The position numbers and the translations under genes are program-made. A DNA stretch of 26,691 bases from Thermoplasmatota archaeon. GTDB taxonomy: Archaea > Thermoplasmatota > Penumbrarchaeia > Penumbrarchaeales > Penumbrarchaeaceae. The notes under the pieces are model-generated. The model was given only the letters and a program-made list of their open reading frames with translations, had not been told where the DNA came from and searched no databases. This document shows, one piece after another, positions 25,677-26,691 of the stretch (position 1 is the stretch's first letter; each line of letters begins with the position of its first letter). The stretch spans positions 1 to 26,691 of the forward strand of contig CBDDUX010000020.1 of NCBI GenBank assembly GCA_965234725.1, read 5' to 3'.

Positions 25677-26691
25677 TTGGATATTGATCATTTCATTTCA
25701 GGTGATCAGCATCCTATTGATCGATTAATAGAAGAGGTCTTGAAGCAGGATAGAATAGATTCTGCTAAAAAAGATATTCATAAATCGTCGATCGAGAACA
25801 AAAAATTGCATAAAGGAAATTCTGCTGTTTCAAGATTACTTCAATTATTCATTGAAAATCCAGATAAACAATACACACCTAATGAGATCACAGAAGAACA
25901 CCTTCGAATGAAATCGGGGACATGTCGGGCTCGGTTATCAGAACTATTTGAAGCGGGATACATTCGGAAGGTCTGGGATCCAGTACATTCAAGGTATCAT
26001 TATGGACTTTATGAATTGAATGTATCTGAACCCCTCATACATCCAGGAACAGCTCCCAGGTGTTTTCACGGTTACAAGATTCATTTAAAAAGGCCTTTGT
26101 ATCGAATTCCTTCTGGAAAAGGGAAAAATAAGGTTGTCCAGTGTTCCCCGGATGAGTTTCGGGCTCGGTTATATTCATCTGAAGTTCGCCAATTTATCAA
26201 GTTATCTGAGAAAGACACAAATTTGAATCATGCATGGGTATTCGAGGGATTTTGGAGAAAGAGGAGAATATCTGTCACTGTCCAACATGGTAATTCAAGT
26301 CTTATAGAAATTTGGTGTAAGGCCACGGAAAAACCCCTCGATATCGATGATTTCATTGAATATAATCGGATGTGGAATTGTGCCATTCCTGATATATGGG
26401 TAGAATCGACTCCTCTTGTTGTTCAACTTGGAATCAACCATGATATTCCTCGGGTTCTGATCGATGGTGTTCAACGATTGAAAGTCCAGGCTCTTCATGA
26501 ATACATGGTCCAGGCTTATAATAAAGATGGAGTTCTTCGGATCGAATCCCATATTAACAAGGCCATGCCACAAACGGCAGTTATGAGGGCCCTACAAGGA
26601 ACTGTTCTTGAAGTTAACTCATTCTTCGACCGTGTAGATCTATCGGTACTAGAGAAGCAGAATAAACAGCAATTCGACCGGATCAAGGACC
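25677..26691 (+). CDS. Partial ORF (runs off window end): winged HTH plus possible Rep_trans-like nickase domain
   Basis: Manual translation from TTG 25677 (RBS GAGGGGTG) is open for 338 codons. wHTH: YTPNEITEEHLRMKSGTCRARLSELFEAGYIRK. Later motifs QLGINHD, QAYNK, LRIESH. Not in the supplied ORF track. The ORF is well supported; the Rep call is tentative. Confidence 0.7.
   Translation, partial: MDIDHFISGDQHPIDRLIEEVLKQDRIDSAKKDIHKSSIENKKLHKGNSAVSRLLQLFIENPDKQYTPNEITEEHLRMKSGTCRARLSELFEAGYIRKVWDPVHSRYHYGLYELNVSEPLIHPGTAPRCFHGYKIHLKRPLYRIPSGKGKNKVVQCSPDEFRARLYSSEVRQFIKLSEKDTNLNHAWVFEGFWRKRRISVTVQHGNSSLIEIWCKATEKPLDIDDFIEYNRMWNCAIPDIWVESTPLVVQLGINHDIPRVLIDGVQRLKVQALHEYMVQAYNKDGVLRIESHINKAMPQTAVMRALQGTVLEVNSFFDRVDLSVLEKQNKQQFDRIKD

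Noticed and set aside
25925-26172. 14-bp direct repeat TCGGGCTCGGTTAT at 25925 and 26159
   Set aside because: Both copies are in frame encoding RARL, and about one 14-mer match is plausible by chance in a window of this size.
26295-26573. 92-aa minus-strand ORF
   Set aside because: Antisense shadow of the longer plus-strand ORF starting at 25677.

Overview
Archaeal genomic window, most likely Thermoplasmatota-like. This is inferred from archaeal uS15, an HMf-type histone, class III signal-peptide pilins and TATA-type promoters. Contents in order: a partial RHH-type DNA-binding ORF downstream of tRNA-Thr(UGU); a DUF362 protein; a membrane-anchored S8 protease transcribed divergently from a 1.4-kaa modular surface protein with a putative Cys-His-Asp catalytic domain; an ornithine-synthesis operon argB-argD-argC-argJ; a VOC protein; a three-gene operon of histone, KamA-like aminomutase::ATP-grasp fusion and ATP-grasp::GNAT fusion; an HTH/membrane-protein pair; rps15-DHH(RecJ-like)-pcc1; three type IV pilins; a MEMO1-like protein; tRNA-Arg(GCG) followed by four 143-bp structured tandem repeats that each end in the tRNA 3' end; and a partial wHTH/Rep-like ORF missed by the ORF track. 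The two best candidates for undescribed systems are (1) the histone-led beta-amino-acid/ATP-grasp/acetyltransferase operon (13562-17470) and (2) the tRNA-Arg-linked structured repeat array (24591-25491). All family calls come from recognising motifs by eye; no searches were run.
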